Shown here: positions 9,197-20,700 of the stretch, piece by piece | Layout: each line of letters starts with the position of its first letter | How positions within the stretch are numbered: position 1 is the first letter of the stretch | IMG/VR virus record: IMGVR_UViG_3300037067_022550 | Strand: one strand, 5' to 3' | From: a virus | DNA: 64,000 bases | The notes under the pieces: model-generated | Told to the model about the DNA's origin: nothing | Seen by the model: only the letters and a program-made list of their open reading frames with translations | Databases searched by the model: none | Position numbers and translations under genes: made by a program

Positions 9197-11914
9197 CTAT
9201 AATCTCCAATAAACAAAACCGTTTTTAATGCACTCTTCTTTATCATAGAGACCTTTTATATCTATAATAATAGGAGGATGAGAAGACATTTCTTTGAGTT
9301 TGTTTAATGGATATTTTTCTTTAAACATGTTGTGCTTAACAGCCACAATAATAGCTTCATAGGGCTTATTTAAACACAAATCATTATAATTTATAAGTGG
9401 GATATTATATTCTTTATATACTCTATTTATATCTGCTTTGGGATCATAAACAAATGGATTGGTATGATATTTTTTTAATTCTTTGTAAATATCCCCAATT
9501 CTTGAATTTCTTATATCACTTATATTTTCCTTAAAAGTAATGCCCATAATAAGAATATTAGCACCATTAATTTTTTTACCTAATTCTATTAATTTTTTAA
9601 TAGTATTTTCTGCTATATATTTTCCCATATTATCATTTGTTCTTCTACCAGACAAAATTACTTCTGGATGATAGCCCAATATTTCTGCTTTATAAGTAAG
9701 ATAATATGGATCAACGCCGATACAATTGTGAGAAATTATTCCAAAATCCGTAACAATAGTTTTTGTTTTTTCAACTTCTATGGAAAAAACTTCTTGCTCA
9801 TTATTTTCAATAAAAACTTCTTTTACTGGAACTAACCATAATCCATCTGAAAATTCATATTTAATAAGTGGATTTCTTCTGCAATTATTTATATGATTAC
9901 CTATCTTTAAATAATTTTTATCACCCAAAAGTGGAGATATTTTAGATAATATTTTCTGACCACCCAGCAAAGTCAAATGATTTACTTTCGGATTAACTTT
10001 ATTAATATAGGTAGAATAGTGTATTCCATTACTAAGCAATATATAGCAGATTTGGTTAAACATAACTTTACTAGAAGAACTAAAAGTCATTACACAACAA
10101 TTAAAATTATCTCTATTATCTTGCTTTAAACTACCGTCACCTCTAAAAATTCCTGACAAAATAGATAAACATAACTTTTTGTTGTATAAAATGAGAGATG
10201 GAATATTTTTTTCATAACAATTACTTCCACATTTAAAAACTTCTTTAATTAAAAATCCCAATATATTAGAAGAAATTTTAACCTGAATGCAATGGTCTTT
10301 CTTATTATGCCAAATTGAATAAGATATTCCTAATTTTTTAGCAATAGATATTACATCATCAATATATTGCCGTTCGTTTTCATTAAAAGTAAATCTAGTT
10401 CTTATAGAGTTATCTTTTGAAATACATCCCTCTGACAAATAATATCCTATAAATCTGGAAAAATATTCATCAATTTCAATAATATTAGAAATTTTATTAA
10501 AAGACGGGCCTTTGCCTGTAACTAAATAAATATTATCTCTAGAAACTGGCATACTTTTGTTTTTTTCTAGTTCTATAAAAACTTTAAGCGGAAGATAATC
10601 CCATTTAAAATAATTGTCTGGTTTTATTGTTTTTGATTTTTTTAATCCAAATATTTTTTTATAATCTATCCACTTCCCACTTTTTAATTTAACTCTTGTT
10701 TTTGAAATGAGACTATCGGGAATAACATTAATTAAATCAATGTTTGTTGATGTTTGTTCTTGTGGTAAATCCTCATTATAAAATAAGGGTATTTTATCGC
10801 CGACAGCAATATTTTTAGCATGTTTAACTATTAACTTTTCGTTTTCAAAAACAAGTAAGGGATGTTTGTCAGTTACAGATATTTTATGGTTTTTTTCGGT
10901 TGTTACAGTAACTATTTTGTCATAGGTAGCTTTTGAGCATCCAGAAATTTTACTAAATAATAATTTTCGCGAATCAACATCAAAAGAAAGAATTTCATCA
11001 GAATTTTCTTTTTCAAATCCATTGACATATTCTTTAATGGTTTGAGTTTTAATGATATTATTTTTTCTAATAGTAATGAGATGATTTTTAGTAAAGCAAT
11101 GGCCTCCTACAAGCCCAGGTTCATATTTGTGGAAATTCCATTTTGTTCCAGCAGCAGCTAAAACATCTTGGGTGTCTATGTTCATCTTGTGAAAAATCAA
11201 AGCTAATTCATTTACAAGAGCAATGTTTAAATCCCTTTGTACGTTTTCTATAACTTTAGCAGCTTCTGCTGTCCTGATATTTGGAGCCATATGTATTTTT
11301 GCTTCAATTACACTACCATATAAATCATAAATAAACTTTGCTGTTTCTTCATCATCTCCAGAAACTATTTTATTTGTATTTTTAACACAATGAACTTTAT
11401 CGCCAGGATTTATTCTTTCTGGAGAATATCCTACATGAAAATCTTTTTTCCAAACATAGTTTTCTTTAGAAAGTAAGGGGACACATATTTCTTCTGTTAC
11501 GCCAGGATAGACGGTAGATTCATAGATCACCAATATTTTCTTTTTTGTTTCAGAATAATTAAAAGTAGAAATAGTTTTTGTAGCAGATATAATTGGGGTT
11601 AAATCTGGTTGTTTATCTTCATGAATGGGAGTAGGAACAGTAACAATAAAGACATCCATATTTCTTAACATAGCAATGTCTTCTAATGAGATATATTTAA
11701 TGTATGATGCTTGTAATTCTTGTATGGAAACATCTTCATTTCTATCATAATTATTTTTTAATTCTTCAATTCTTTCCTTATAATTATCAAAACCATAAAC
11801 ATTATATTTTTTAGAAAACAAAATTGCTAATGGCAACCCTACATACCCAAGTCCCACGATGCAAATATTTTTTGTTCCAGATCCAATCAAAAAATCAGAA
11901 ATATTATAATTCAT
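9197..11914 (-). CDS. UDP-N-acetyl-D-mannosamine / UDP-sugar 6-dehydrogenase (WecC/TviB-like) interrupted by a 458-aa intein
   Basis: N-terminal Rossmann motif GLGYVGLP. N-extein ends ...LVGGH and C-extein begins CIGVDPYYL, restoring the GGHCIGVDPYY active site. Exteins are 272 + 175 aa. Confidence 0.7.
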   Translation of the reverse strand: MNYNISDFLIGSGTKNICIVGLGYVGLPLAILFSKKYNVYGFDNYKERIEELKNNYDRNEDVSIQELQASYIKYISLEDIAMLRNMDVFIVTVPTPIHEDKQPDLTPIISATKTISTFNYSETKKKILVIYESTVYPGVTEEICVPLLSKENYVWKKDFHVGYSPERINPGDKVHCVKNTNKIVSGDDEETAKFIYDLYGSVIEAKIHMAPNIRTAEAAKVIENVQRDLNIALVNELALIFHKMNIDTQDVLAAAGTKWNFHKYEPGLVGGHCFTKNHLITIRKNNIIKTQTIKEYVNGFEKENSDEILSFDVDSRKLLFSKISGCSKATYDKIVTVTTEKNHKISVTDKHPLLVFENEKLIVKHAKNIAVGDKIPLFYNEDLPQEQTSTNIDLINVIPDSLISKTRVKLKSGKWIDYKKIFGLKKSKTIKPDNYFKWDYLPLKVFIELEKNKSMPVSRDNIYLVTGKGPSFNKISNIIEIDEYFSRFIGYYLSEGCISKDNSIRTRFTFNENERQYIDDVISIAKKLGISYSIWHNKKDHCIQVKISSNILGFLIKEVFKCGSNCYEKNIPSLILYNKKLCLSILSGIFRGDGSLKQDNRDNFNCCVMTFSSSSKVMFNQICYILLSNGIHYSTYINKVNPKVNHLTLLGGQKILSKISPLLGDKNYLKIGNHINNCRRNPLIKYEFSDGLWLVPVKEVFIENNEQEVFSIEVEKTKTIVTDFGIISHNCIGVDPYYLTYKAEILGYHPEVILSGRRTNDNMGKYIAENTIKKLIELGKKINGANILIMGITFKENISDIRNSRIGDIYKELKKYHTNPFVYDPKADINRVYKEYNIPLINYNDLCLNKPYEAIIVAVKHNMFKEKYPLNKLKEMSSHPPIIIDIKGLYDKEECIKNGFVYWRL
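9725..11098 (-). mobile_element. intein with LAGLIDADG homing endonuclease domain, inserted at the catalytic Cys of the dehydrogenase
   Basis: Begins with Cys (CFTKNH), ends HN, followed by the +1 Cys. LAGLIDADG-like blocks FIGYYLSEGCISKD and LSGIFRGDGSLKQ. Boundaries computed from codon positions. Confidence 0.7.
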
Positions 11915-12315
11915 TTTTTTAATCTTTCTGTTAATAAATCTCTTTCATGAGCAATATGCCTTCTTTTTGTTAAATCTCTATCGTATTTTTCTCTTTCTTT
12001 TGGAGACAACTTTAAATATAAATTAGCATCAAAATCTAATGATTTGTGAAACTCATTTTTTCTAATCCACAATCTATCCCAAAAAAGAATTAAATTATTA
12101 AAAAAACAATTAAATATTCTATTAAATTTAAAAGACCTAGAGTTCCATCCCACCCACGCATCGCTTTCAGATAAACATTGAGGGCCTCTTGATGAACAAC
12201 TACGGCACATAACGCTACACCATTCCTGATGATCTCCACCAACTCCCCAACCAATACCCAAAAACAATGATCCGCAATGGGGGCAGGGTTTTCTCATGTC
12301 TATAAAATTATTCAT
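11911..12315 (-). CDS. Lar-family restriction-alleviation-like Zn-ribbon protein with a long C-terminal extension
   Basis: KPCPHCGS...CSVMCRSCSSRGP...AWVGWNSRS resembles the Lar (PF14354-like) pattern. Overlaps the topA end and the dehydrogenase start. Confidence 0.4.
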   Translation of the reverse strand: MNNFIDMRKPCPHCGSLFLGIGWGVGGDHQEWCSVMCRSCSSRGPQCLSESDAWVGWNSRSFKFNRIFNCFFNNLILFWDRLWIRKNEFHKSLDFDANLYLKLSPKEREKYDRDLTKRRHIAHERDLLTERLKK

Positions 12316-14299
12316 CTTTTTCAATAAATTTGCACTTTGGGAAAGCAGAACAACCTATAAAAGTGTTCCCGCTTTTTTTGGCAATTCTTTCAACTAGATC
12401 TGCACCACATTCAGGGCATTTTCTGCCGACCTTTTTAAATGTTTTCTTTTCTTTTAAAGAAAAAGAACCGTCTTCATTTTTTTGAAAAACGCTTTTACAT
12501 CCTGGATATTTGTTACAGGAATAAAATATTCCATACATTCCACTAACTTCAACTATGTCACCTTCTCTACAAACAGTGCATTTTTGTCCAACCATCTTTT
12601 GTTCTTTTTTTCCCATGGTATTTTCTTTTGCTCCTTTTATTTCATTTGTTAATACATTATATACATTTTGAACAATATCTAAATATGTTTTTTTACCATC
12701 TGCAATTAATTCTATGTCTTCTTCCAAACCTGCAGTAAATTTAACATCCATAAAAAAATCTTTAAATCTTGGATTGAGATAATCACAAATCTTCATGCCT
12801 AATTCTTGTGCTACAAATCCTCCGTTTTTGCCTTTTTCTTTTGTAACATAACCTTTATCTTGAATGCTTTTAATAATTGTGGCTCTGGTAGAAGGTCTTC
12901 CTATGCCGTCTGCTTCCATTTTTACAATCAAACTTCCATCATTATATCTTTTAGGAGGCTGTGTAGTATGTTTTGTTTTTTTAATATCCTTTAGATTAAG
13001 TTTCTCACCTTCATTAGCATTAGGCAAAATTTCTTCTTCTGTTTTAGAATATTTATAAACTTTAGACCATCCATCAAATCTAATGGTTTGTCCCTTTGCA
13101 ATTAATTCGTGTTTAGAATCTGTTTTAACTTTATAGACAACCGTATCTACTACCATTGGAGACATTTGACAGGCTAAAAACCTATCTCTTATTAATTCAT
13201 ACATTTTTTTATGTTCTGAATCTAATCCGCTTCCTTCATCTTCAATATGAGTTGGACGAATGCACTCGTGAGCTTCTTGAGCAGCTGCTGAAGACTTTTT
13301 AGCGTAGGAATTCGGTTTAGAAGGCAAATATTTAGAATCAAATTTTTCTTTTATAAAACCTATTACAGAATCCAATGCTTCTTGAGAAATAGTATAAGAA
13401 TCTGAACGAATATAACTAACCTTACCTATCTCATAAAGATGTTGAGCTATTTGCATGGTTTTGGTTGCATTGAATCCAAATAAAGAAGAACAAGAAGATT
13501 GCAATGAAACAGTATCAAAAGGTGGTTGAGCTTTCCTTTCTTTTGTTTCTCTTTCTATTTTATCTAATGTAAATGTAGATTTTTTTAGTGCTTCAAAAGA
13601 ATTAGTGGCTAGTTTTTCATCAATAAATCTATTTTCTTTTTCTTTAGTTACTACTTTTGCCCAAAATTCCCCATTATCATTTTGCAAAAGACATTCTACA
13701 TACCAAAAATCAGTTGGGATAAATGCTTTTATCTCTTTTTCTCTTTCACATATAAACTTTAAAGCTATGGATTGCACTCTACCTGCAGAAGTTCCTTTGC
13801 CAACTGAAAACCAGAGTACCGGAGAAACTTTATAACCGATTAGTCTATCTAAAACTTGTCTTGCTTTTTGAGCATCCACAAGATTATTATCATCATTTAT
13901 ATCTCTTCTATTTTTAATGGCAGTTTCAATTGCTTTTTTAGTTATTTCATTAAAAGAAATTCTAAAACACTTTTTCTTGTCTTTTTCACTTAAAAGATCA
14001 TATATATCCTTAGAAATTCTGGAACCTTCTTTATCTGGATCTGATGCTAAATAGATTAATGGGCTTTTGCCAGCATATTCTTTTATTTTCTTTACAACAT
14101 CTTTTTTTCCGCTAATGATTTGGCAAGTAGGAATAAATCCGTTTTTTATATCAATATTTAATCCCTTCTTAGGTATTTCCATTATGTGGCCGACTGAGGC
14201 TATAACATCATAGTCTGTCCCTAAAAAAGATTTTATCTTTCCACATTTATTAGGCGACTCAACTATAACTAGTTTATTACTCATTTTTTTTATCTCCAA
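12308..14299 (-). CDS. topA: DNA topoisomerase I (type IA) with two C-terminal C4 zinc ribbons
   Basis: TOPRIM N-terminus LVIVESPNKCGKIKSFLG. Zn ribbons CTVCREG...CNKYPGCKS and CPECGADL...CSAFPKCKF. Confidence 0.8.
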   Translation of the reverse strand: MEIKKMSNKLVIVESPNKCGKIKSFLGTDYDVIASVGHIMEIPKKGLNIDIKNGFIPTCQIISGKKDVVKKIKEYAGKSPLIYLASDPDKEGSRISKDIYDLLSEKDKKKCFRISFNEITKKAIETAIKNRRDINDDNNLVDAQKARQVLDRLIGYKVSPVLWFSVGKGTSAGRVQSIALKFICEREKEIKAFIPTDFWYVECLLQNDNGEFWAKVVTKEKENRFIDEKLATNSFEALKKSTFTLDKIERETKERKAQPPFDTVSLQSSCSSLFGFNATKTMQIAQHLYEIGKVSYIRSDSYTISQEALDSVIGFIKEKFDSKYLPSKPNSYAKKSSAAAQEAHECIRPTHIEDEGSGLDSEHKKMYELIRDRFLACQMSPMVVDTVVYKVKTDSKHELIAKGQTIRFDGWSKVYKYSKTEEEILPNANEGEKLNLKDIKKTKHTTQPPKRYNDGSLIVKMEADGIGRPSTRATIIKSIQDKGYVTKEKGKNGGFVAQELGMKICDYLNPRFKDFFMDVKFTAGLEEDIELIADGKKTYLDIVQNVYNVLTNEIKGAKENTMGKKEQKMVGQKCTVCREGDIVEVSGMYGIFYSCNKYPGCKSVFQKNEDGSFSLKEKKTFKKVGRKCPECGADLVERIAKKSGNTFIGCSAFPKCKFIEKDE

Positions 14300-14518
14300 T
14301 AATATTAGAATTATTTATATTAATTTTCCATTCTCCAAAAATCATACCGCATTCGCAATATATTTTAAAATATAAAATATTATTAGTATAAGTCTTTAAA
14401 GAACATTCTCTATGTTTAGAACTAAAAGAAAACAAATACCAAAGGCAATGTAGCCACCTTTTAAAACACGCAACAAATATTTCTATTAATAACATAATTA
14501 ATACATTATACCGTTTTT

Positions 14519-15817
14519 TTAATCTTCTTCTAACAATAATTTTCTATATTCATCAATTCTAGAAGCATCAGAGAATGGGACTGTTGGCTTTTTATTATAT
14601 TTTTTAAAAATAGCATCTTTAGCTTTTTTATAAACTTCTTTGTTCTTTATTTTTTCTATATAAACATCATTTTTTACACAATAATCAACAGCCCAATCAA
14701 CAGGAGCATTTTGATGACATGCTATTGCTTCATCCATTTTTTTTAAAAAATCATCTAAATTCAGTTCTTTTTCAGTATTTCCCTCTTGCATCAATATTCC
14801 GGAAGGAGAATTTAATGCTAAATTTAATGCTTCATGTTCAGCATATACATTTTCAAGTTCTTTTCTAATATTAGTTATAATAAATAAAACTTCTGTAGAT
14901 GTGGACTGATTATTAACTAAAGCTGCTATCTTTTCTGGTCTAAAGTTAACAACACTTTGATTAATTTTAGCAATTTGTTCTATGGCTTTAATATTATTAA
15001 TTTCATTAACTTTAGAAACGTCTTGGCTTTGCAAAACATAGTTAAGTGCTATATTTAGAGGGGCATTTTTATTGGTTGCTATAGAACTAATTATGGAAGG
15101 TATTTTATGAAAAAACCCAATTTTATAAAAGTTTTCTAATATTTTTGGAGTTAAATTAGGAATTAAATTTTTTTCACCTATAATTTTTAAAACTGTGTCT
15201 TTAAAATAAGGTGCTATTTTTTGATTATTAAATAAAAGCTCAGAAAAATCTTCAAAAACGTTAAGAGGGCAGTTTTTATTTTCCAATATTTCTTTTATAA
15301 TATCTGTTATTGATTGATTCCTTACAAGTCCTTCAACAGATAAAAAATTTCCTAATAGTTTTTTATTTATATAGTCCCAATATTCTGATAATGCTATCGG
15401 TGGCGTGTTTTGATTTTCTATTATCTTTTTTATAATTAATAGTTTCCATCCTTCTGGCTGTTTTTTAATTCCTGAAAAATAAAAAGCAAGAAATTTCATG
15501 TCGTCAAATAAAGATGGATTTGTTGACAAAGCTTTAAGCATATTATGCAATTCATTGGGATCTGTTGAATGTGTTACAATGTCTTCTATTTCTTTTTTTA
15601 AAATTTCTATTTTACCTCTTTCATATTCATAGCTTTTATTTTCTTTTTCTTCTTGTAGCTTTTGTTGCTTCAAATCTTTAAGGGGATCATTATATTGGGC
15701 TTGAGCATTGATGATAGAAAAATATTTATTAGAGGAGATCACATCATAAAACGAATCAGAAGTTTTAGTTATAGTTAAACTACTACTATTTGATAGTTGT
15801 TCTATTGAATATGCCAT
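14519..15817 (-). CDS. hypothetical protein with degenerate NxNxP (LRV-like) repeats
   Basis: NQNTPPIALSEYW, NKNCPLNVFEDF, NKNAPLNIALNYV and HQNAPVDWAVDY resemble the NPNCPPEIL repeat of 27821..28729 and 58454..59299. Confidence 0.4.
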   Translation of the reverse strand: MAYSIEQLSNSSSLTITKTSDSFYDVISSNKYFSIINAQAQYNDPLKDLKQQKLQEEKENKSYEYERGKIEILKKEIEDIVTHSTDPNELHNMLKALSTNPSLFDDMKFLAFYFSGIKKQPEGWKLLIIKKIIENQNTPPIALSEYWDYINKKLLGNFLSVEGLVRNQSITDIIKEILENKNCPLNVFEDFSELLFNNQKIAPYFKDTVLKIIGEKNLIPNLTPKILENFYKIGFFHKIPSIISSIATNKNAPLNIALNYVLQSQDVSKVNEINNIKAIEQIAKINQSVVNFRPEKIAALVNNQSTSTEVLFIITNIRKELENVYAEHEALNLALNSPSGILMQEGNTEKELNLDDFLKKMDEAIACHQNAPVDWAVDYCVKNDVYIEKIKNKEVYKKAKDAIFKKYNKKPTVPFSDASRIDEYRKLLLEED

Positions 15818-15868
15818 AAATATATTATTATCAATTTTATATATAAAAACCTATATGATAGTGAATTG

Positions 15869-16111
15869 TTAACTATTTTCCCAACATTTATTTTCATAAT
15901 TCCAATGCCTATGATCATAAATCTGTATGTGAAAATAAAATAATTTATACAATTCTATAAATAAACCTATTCCAGCGTGGTCTGCTTTTTGATTAATCAT
16001 AAATTTGCAATTAAAAATAGTAACGTCATCTTGCGGGAACAAATCTATCTGAAATTCAAGGCTCTTGTTTATAGATAAATTAATGTTTTTTAAGAACGTT
16101 TTCGGTTTCAT
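15869..16111 (-). CDS. hypothetical small protein
   Basis: 80-aa ORF only. Confidence 0.25.
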   Translation of the reverse strand: MKPKTFLKNINLSINKSLEFQIDLFPQDDVTIFNCKFMINQKADHAGIGLFIELYKLFYFHIQIYDHRHWNYENKCWENS

Positions 16112-16126
16112 CGTTCTCCATATCTT

Positions 16127-16957
16127 CTAATAATTTTTTATTATTATTTCTTCTGATTTTGAATTTCCTGAACGACTTACTTTGTCATAATCACATTCTA
16201 TTTTAACAATATCATACTTCTTTATTCTATCACAATAGGGATTTTTTTTGCCTTTATGTTGCATTACATTAGACATTAAAAACCTTATTCCATTTGAGTT
16301 TAAACCATCAATATAATCATAGAGTTTTAATTCTAAGCTCTTTGACCAATAGCAATTATATCCAGCATCAGTAATCATATAAGGTGGATCTAAATAAACA
16401 AAAGCCCTTTTATTTTCTATATTAATGTTTTCAAAACTATTATTAATAAATACTAAATTGTTGTTGTTGTAAATTCTCTTATGATAATCATAAAGTTTTT
16501 TTTCAATACTTCTATTGAATATTCTATTGCCCCATGTTTGGTTAAAACTTAAACTTTTGTTAAATCTCATCATGTTGTTTGTGCAAGAACAGCAAAGCAA
16601 AAACAAATCAATAGGATTATTTTCCTTATTAAATCTTTCTCTTAATAGTAAATATTCTGTTTGATTTCTATTAATTTGTTTTTTTTGTATTGCGTCTAAT
16701 ACATCAAGCCAAGTGTTTTTCTGCATAAAAATATAAAATTCTATTAAAGGAAGTATAATGTCATTGGCATAAACTTTGTTTGACAAACAGTAATTAATGA
16801 AAAAACTTCCACCACCACAAAACAAATCATATATTTCATCAATATCAGAAGGAATATATTCAGACAATATAGGTATTAACTTATACTTAGAACCAGTGTA
16901 GTTTAGTGGAGAAGCAAGAACTTTTTTATCAACCCTATCAAATAAATTAGTTTCCAT
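16127..16957 (-). CDS. dam: DNA adenine methyltransferase (Dam-like, alpha class)
   Basis: N-terminal NYTGSKYKLIPIL, motif I LFCGGGSF, and motif IV FVYLDPPY near the C-terminus. Confidence 0.7.
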   Translation of the reverse strand: METNLFDRVDKKVLASPLNYTGSKYKLIPILSEYIPSDIDEIYDLFCGGGSFFINYCLSNKVYANDIILPLIEFYIFMQKNTWLDVLDAIQKKQINRNQTEYLLLRERFNKENNPIDLFLLCCSCTNNMMRFNKSLSFNQTWGNRIFNRSIEKKLYDYHKRIYNNNNLVFINNSFENINIENKRAFVYLDPPYMITDAGYNCYWSKSLELKLYDYIDGLNSNGIRFLMSNVMQHKGKKNPYCDRIKKYDIVKIECDYDKVSRSGNSKSEEIIIKNY

Positions 16958-17130
16958 ATGTATTTTATAACTCCTGTTTCAAGAAAGCTCATATGCTTTA
17001 GTCATAGGTATTTTATTTCTTAACCTATATATTATACAGTTTAAATTCAAAAAAGATAATTTAATGAAAGCCAGAAGGGATTATGTTAAGAACTGTTTTA
17101 AGGGCGTTTCAGACTACTTTAAATGCCAAT

Positions 17131-17790
17131 CTATACATCATTAAACAATGTTTTAGGTTCTTCATTTATGTTTTCAAACACATCATATTGTTTGTAACTC
17201 CAAGAAAATAAAGATGTGAAACTAAACCATATTTCCTGATAATTTAAATTATTTTTTGCAAGAATTTTATCTTTAACTGGAACATCAGAATCTTGTTTAT
17301 AGCACCAATCTAATATTATCCAATTATTATCCGTCTCTCTGCAATAAGTTACATAACAGTGACCTTCTTGTTGACCATTGTTGTCTTGTACTAATCCTGC
17401 ATTAACTCTTACTCTCCACCAGGGAACTCCGTTGGAACACAATAAACTTGCCATAAGTAAAGAACCGTCTTCGCAATCACCTCTTTTTAAATATAGTGTT
17501 TCATTAGGAAATTGCCAAAATTCATTATATCCCCAAGAATCTTGATCATACTCGTATTTGCAATTTTTGACAATATACTGTTGACAAACTAAAGCAAAAT
17601 CATCATTTTTTGGAACATATAAGTTTTCTTTTTTTATTAAATCAATAAGAACATAATCGTTTGTCCAAAACATTTTTCTAACATCAATTGGTATCTTGCC
17701 AGCAAAATTAGGTATTTGCCTACCACCATAAATTATTGGTGTTTTGGGATGCTTGTTATTCCAATATTGTTCAAGTTCTTGTTCGTTCAT
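17131..17790 (-). CDS. transglutaminase-like / papain-fold cysteine peptidase domain protein
   Basis: Candidate Cys-His-Asp triad: GDCEDGSLLMASLL, GHCYVTY, ILDW. Immediately downstream of the fibre gene. Confidence 0.4.
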   Translation of the reverse strand: MNEQELEQYWNNKHPKTPIIYGGRQIPNFAGKIPIDVRKMFWTNDYVLIDLIKKENLYVPKNDDFALVCQQYIVKNCKYEYDQDSWGYNEFWQFPNETLYLKRGDCEDGSLLMASLLCSNGVPWWRVRVNAGLVQDNNGQQEGHCYVTYCRETDNNWIILDWCYKQDSDVPVKDKILAKNNLNYQEIWFSFTSLFSWSYKQYDVFENINEEPKTLFNDV

Positions 17791-17793
17791 GCT

Positions 17794-20700
17794 TTATCTT
17801 CCAATAAAATGTCCTTTAAATCTTGAAGATCCATTGGTTCCCCCACCAGATATTGTGTCAGCAGCATTCTCAAGAACTCTAATAATATACCAGTTTGTTT
17901 GTCCATCGTCATAAAGAACAGCATTAATTCTAGCATCGTGTGCGTTAGCTAATGCTCCAATTCCACCTGACTGTATATTATTGGTTGAAGATGAATTACA
18001 TCTACTTAAATAAATAGTTAAAGCGTGATTGCCTGCAATTGTAATTTCAGCATTAACTTCATACCAACCAGCTATAGGAGGAATAAAAGCATTTTTGACA
18101 TTATCATAACACCCTGAAACAGATCCGTTTTCAATAAAAGGGATTGTTGTTATTTTATTGTTTGGAATTGTCCATCCATTGGTAATATAAGCATCAAAAG
18201 CTGCTAAAGCATTCATTGCCATATTGCTAACAGTATTAATATTATTCTGTAGATTAGTATCAGCCATATGCAAAGCGTTACTAGTAACATTAATATTGCC
18301 CTGCAAATTTGTGTCTGCTGCATGTAAAGCGTTACTAGCAACATTAATATTATTCTGTAGATTTGTGTCTACTGCATGTAAAGCATTACTAGCAATATTA
18401 ACATTTTCCTGTAAATTTGTTTCAGCAGTACCTGCCCTATTTATTTCAATGTTCAAATTAGATTCCGATGCATAATATGAAGGTAATTGACTTCCAAGAA
18501 TATCTGGTTTTGTTATCTGTATGTTTATAGAACCATTTGTTGCACTTACATTACACCATCCAATAAATTGAGAAATATTAGTTCCCGTCGGTTCAACATT
18601 AGTAATGCCCCCTGCAATAAGAGGACTTACATAAAGTTTATCGCCAGCAGTCCAAGATGTGGTATCCATTATATATTCAGCTCTTCCCAATCTAAGGATC
18701 ATACCTCTATTACCAGCAGAAATTCCGCCAATACTTGTAACTATACCAAAGCATGGCATTGTACTTAAAGAATCTGCTTTTGCTCTTTTAACATAATGTG
18801 ATGTGTCACTTATTCCAGAAGTTATATAAATTAATTCGCCTCGTTGTAAAGTATTTGTTTCAGAGTTATATACTGTTAAAACAGAATCTCTGCCTATTCT
18901 AGTTTGATTTCCTTTTGAATCTGTAAAATATGGTCTTTCAAATCCGCTTACAGCATCAATAAAAATTCTAAGGTGACCAGAAGCAGGATTAACTTGTTCA
19001 CCAGTATTTTCAGCTGACATATCAAGAGCCCCACCCAATAGCAATGTTCCGTCAGAATGTGGTGTAATATATATAAAATTGCCAGCATAGCCACTATTAG
19101 TATATCTACGGGGATAATTTGTTAAACTGCTTGATAAAATTGTGTTTATAATAAAAACAGAATCTTTATCATGTGTTGCTGCACCCCAATACACATTTGA
19201 AGGATTACCATCAGATATAGATACCCTATTGTCTTTAAAAGATATGCCACTTTCTCCAGACTTTCCATTAGCTGAATAGCCTAAAAACAAATTGCAATTA
19301 TTTGTTGTTAACAATGATAAAATATTAAAAACCCCTTCATATCCAATTCTTCCTGTAGCTCTATTATTATATGCAATTATAATATTATTCGAATATGAAA
19401 GACCTGCTGTATTAAGCTGAATTCTAGAAATACCACCTTGCACTGTATTTATTCCACGATATGAACTATCATGATTATATGTTATACTAATGTTGTCATT
19501 TTCATCTTTAGAGTTAATAATACTAGAACTATTAAATGATGAAAATTTAATTAATCCGCCAATTGATTCTCCATCTGTACTTTCAAATATTTGAGCATTG
19601 CAAACAGATTCAGAACCATTAGTTGGAATAATATTAAGTTCATTATAAGTGGTTGAATAAATTTCAACATCACCACGTTTTAATATAATCACGCTTTTAT
19701 TTGTAATATCATTGTCATAATCAGAACGCAAATAACAAGAATTAACAGCCATATAAGCATTATCAGCACCAGCATCTGCTATAATTGCAGGAGCATTTGT
19801 TTGAAATACAGTTATAAAAGTCAGTTCAGTTCCATTACTATCTGTATAATTTGTTGTCCAATTTACTGTTCCTTTAATTACAGTTGCCTCAATTGAGTTT
19901 GCATTAATTCCTATATAATTCTTCATCGTAATGTTTTCTGGATAAATTCCTGGACTTACTGTTACTATAAAACGATTAGAGTCTGATGCCACAATAGCAG
20001 CATCATCAATTGCAGCTTGTATGGTTTTATACGGTAAAATTGAACTCTCAAGTAAAGCTGTTGAATCATTTCCACTATCTGAATCAACATAAGCCCTGTT
20101 TGCGTTAATCTTATTAATTGTTGAATCAACATATCCTTTATTAGCTGCCTGATCGTCTGTGGCAGGATTACCCATACCAGATGGCAATATTCCTCCTGTA
20201 ACAGGACTTTTTAAAAGAACTTGATATAAACTTGGAACAGAACTGCCACTACTTCCCCCACCTGTAGATATGGTTCCTCTTCTTATCATAAATCTACGAT
20301 CTAACCAATAGTCTGACTCTTCTCTTAAACTAATATCTCCCCCTTGGAAAATATAGGCAGTACACTTTGGAACATAAGGTTCAAAACCAGGAGGCAAAAC
20401 TGGATCATCACCAGCTAAAGCAGATGCATAATTAGTATATTCTATTTGAGGATAAACCCATTCCATTGCAGGATTACCTTCTTGAGATAAAAATACTCCT
20501 CTATACCAATTACTAACTGTGCAATTAACTATATTTGTGCCATTATCCCATTTATCAATGGGGAGTTGATTAGTAACTGAATAGACCCATGTTGCTGTAT
20601 TTGTATGATAATATGTAACTAAAACAGTTGCAGGGGAAACAAAACCATAATTTGTTAAATTTTTAGACAAATGAACATTTCTTTGAGACATATTTTGATA

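Noticed and set aside
12806-13835. Three + strand ORFs inside topA
   Set aside because: Antisense to a strongly supported topoisomerase gene.
14425-14465. Possible rho-independent terminator after the 14519..15817 gene (AAAGG...CCTTT followed by T-rich tract on the minus strand)
   Set aside because: The stem is only 5 bp with an 11-nt loop, too weak to call. Left as unannotated.
18224-18768. Antisense ORFs 18224..18475 and 18487..18768 with repetitive CKALL and similar peptides
   Set aside because: They are mirror translations of the in-frame 54-nt repeats of the fibre gene on the other strand and are fully nested in a long, better-supported CDS.
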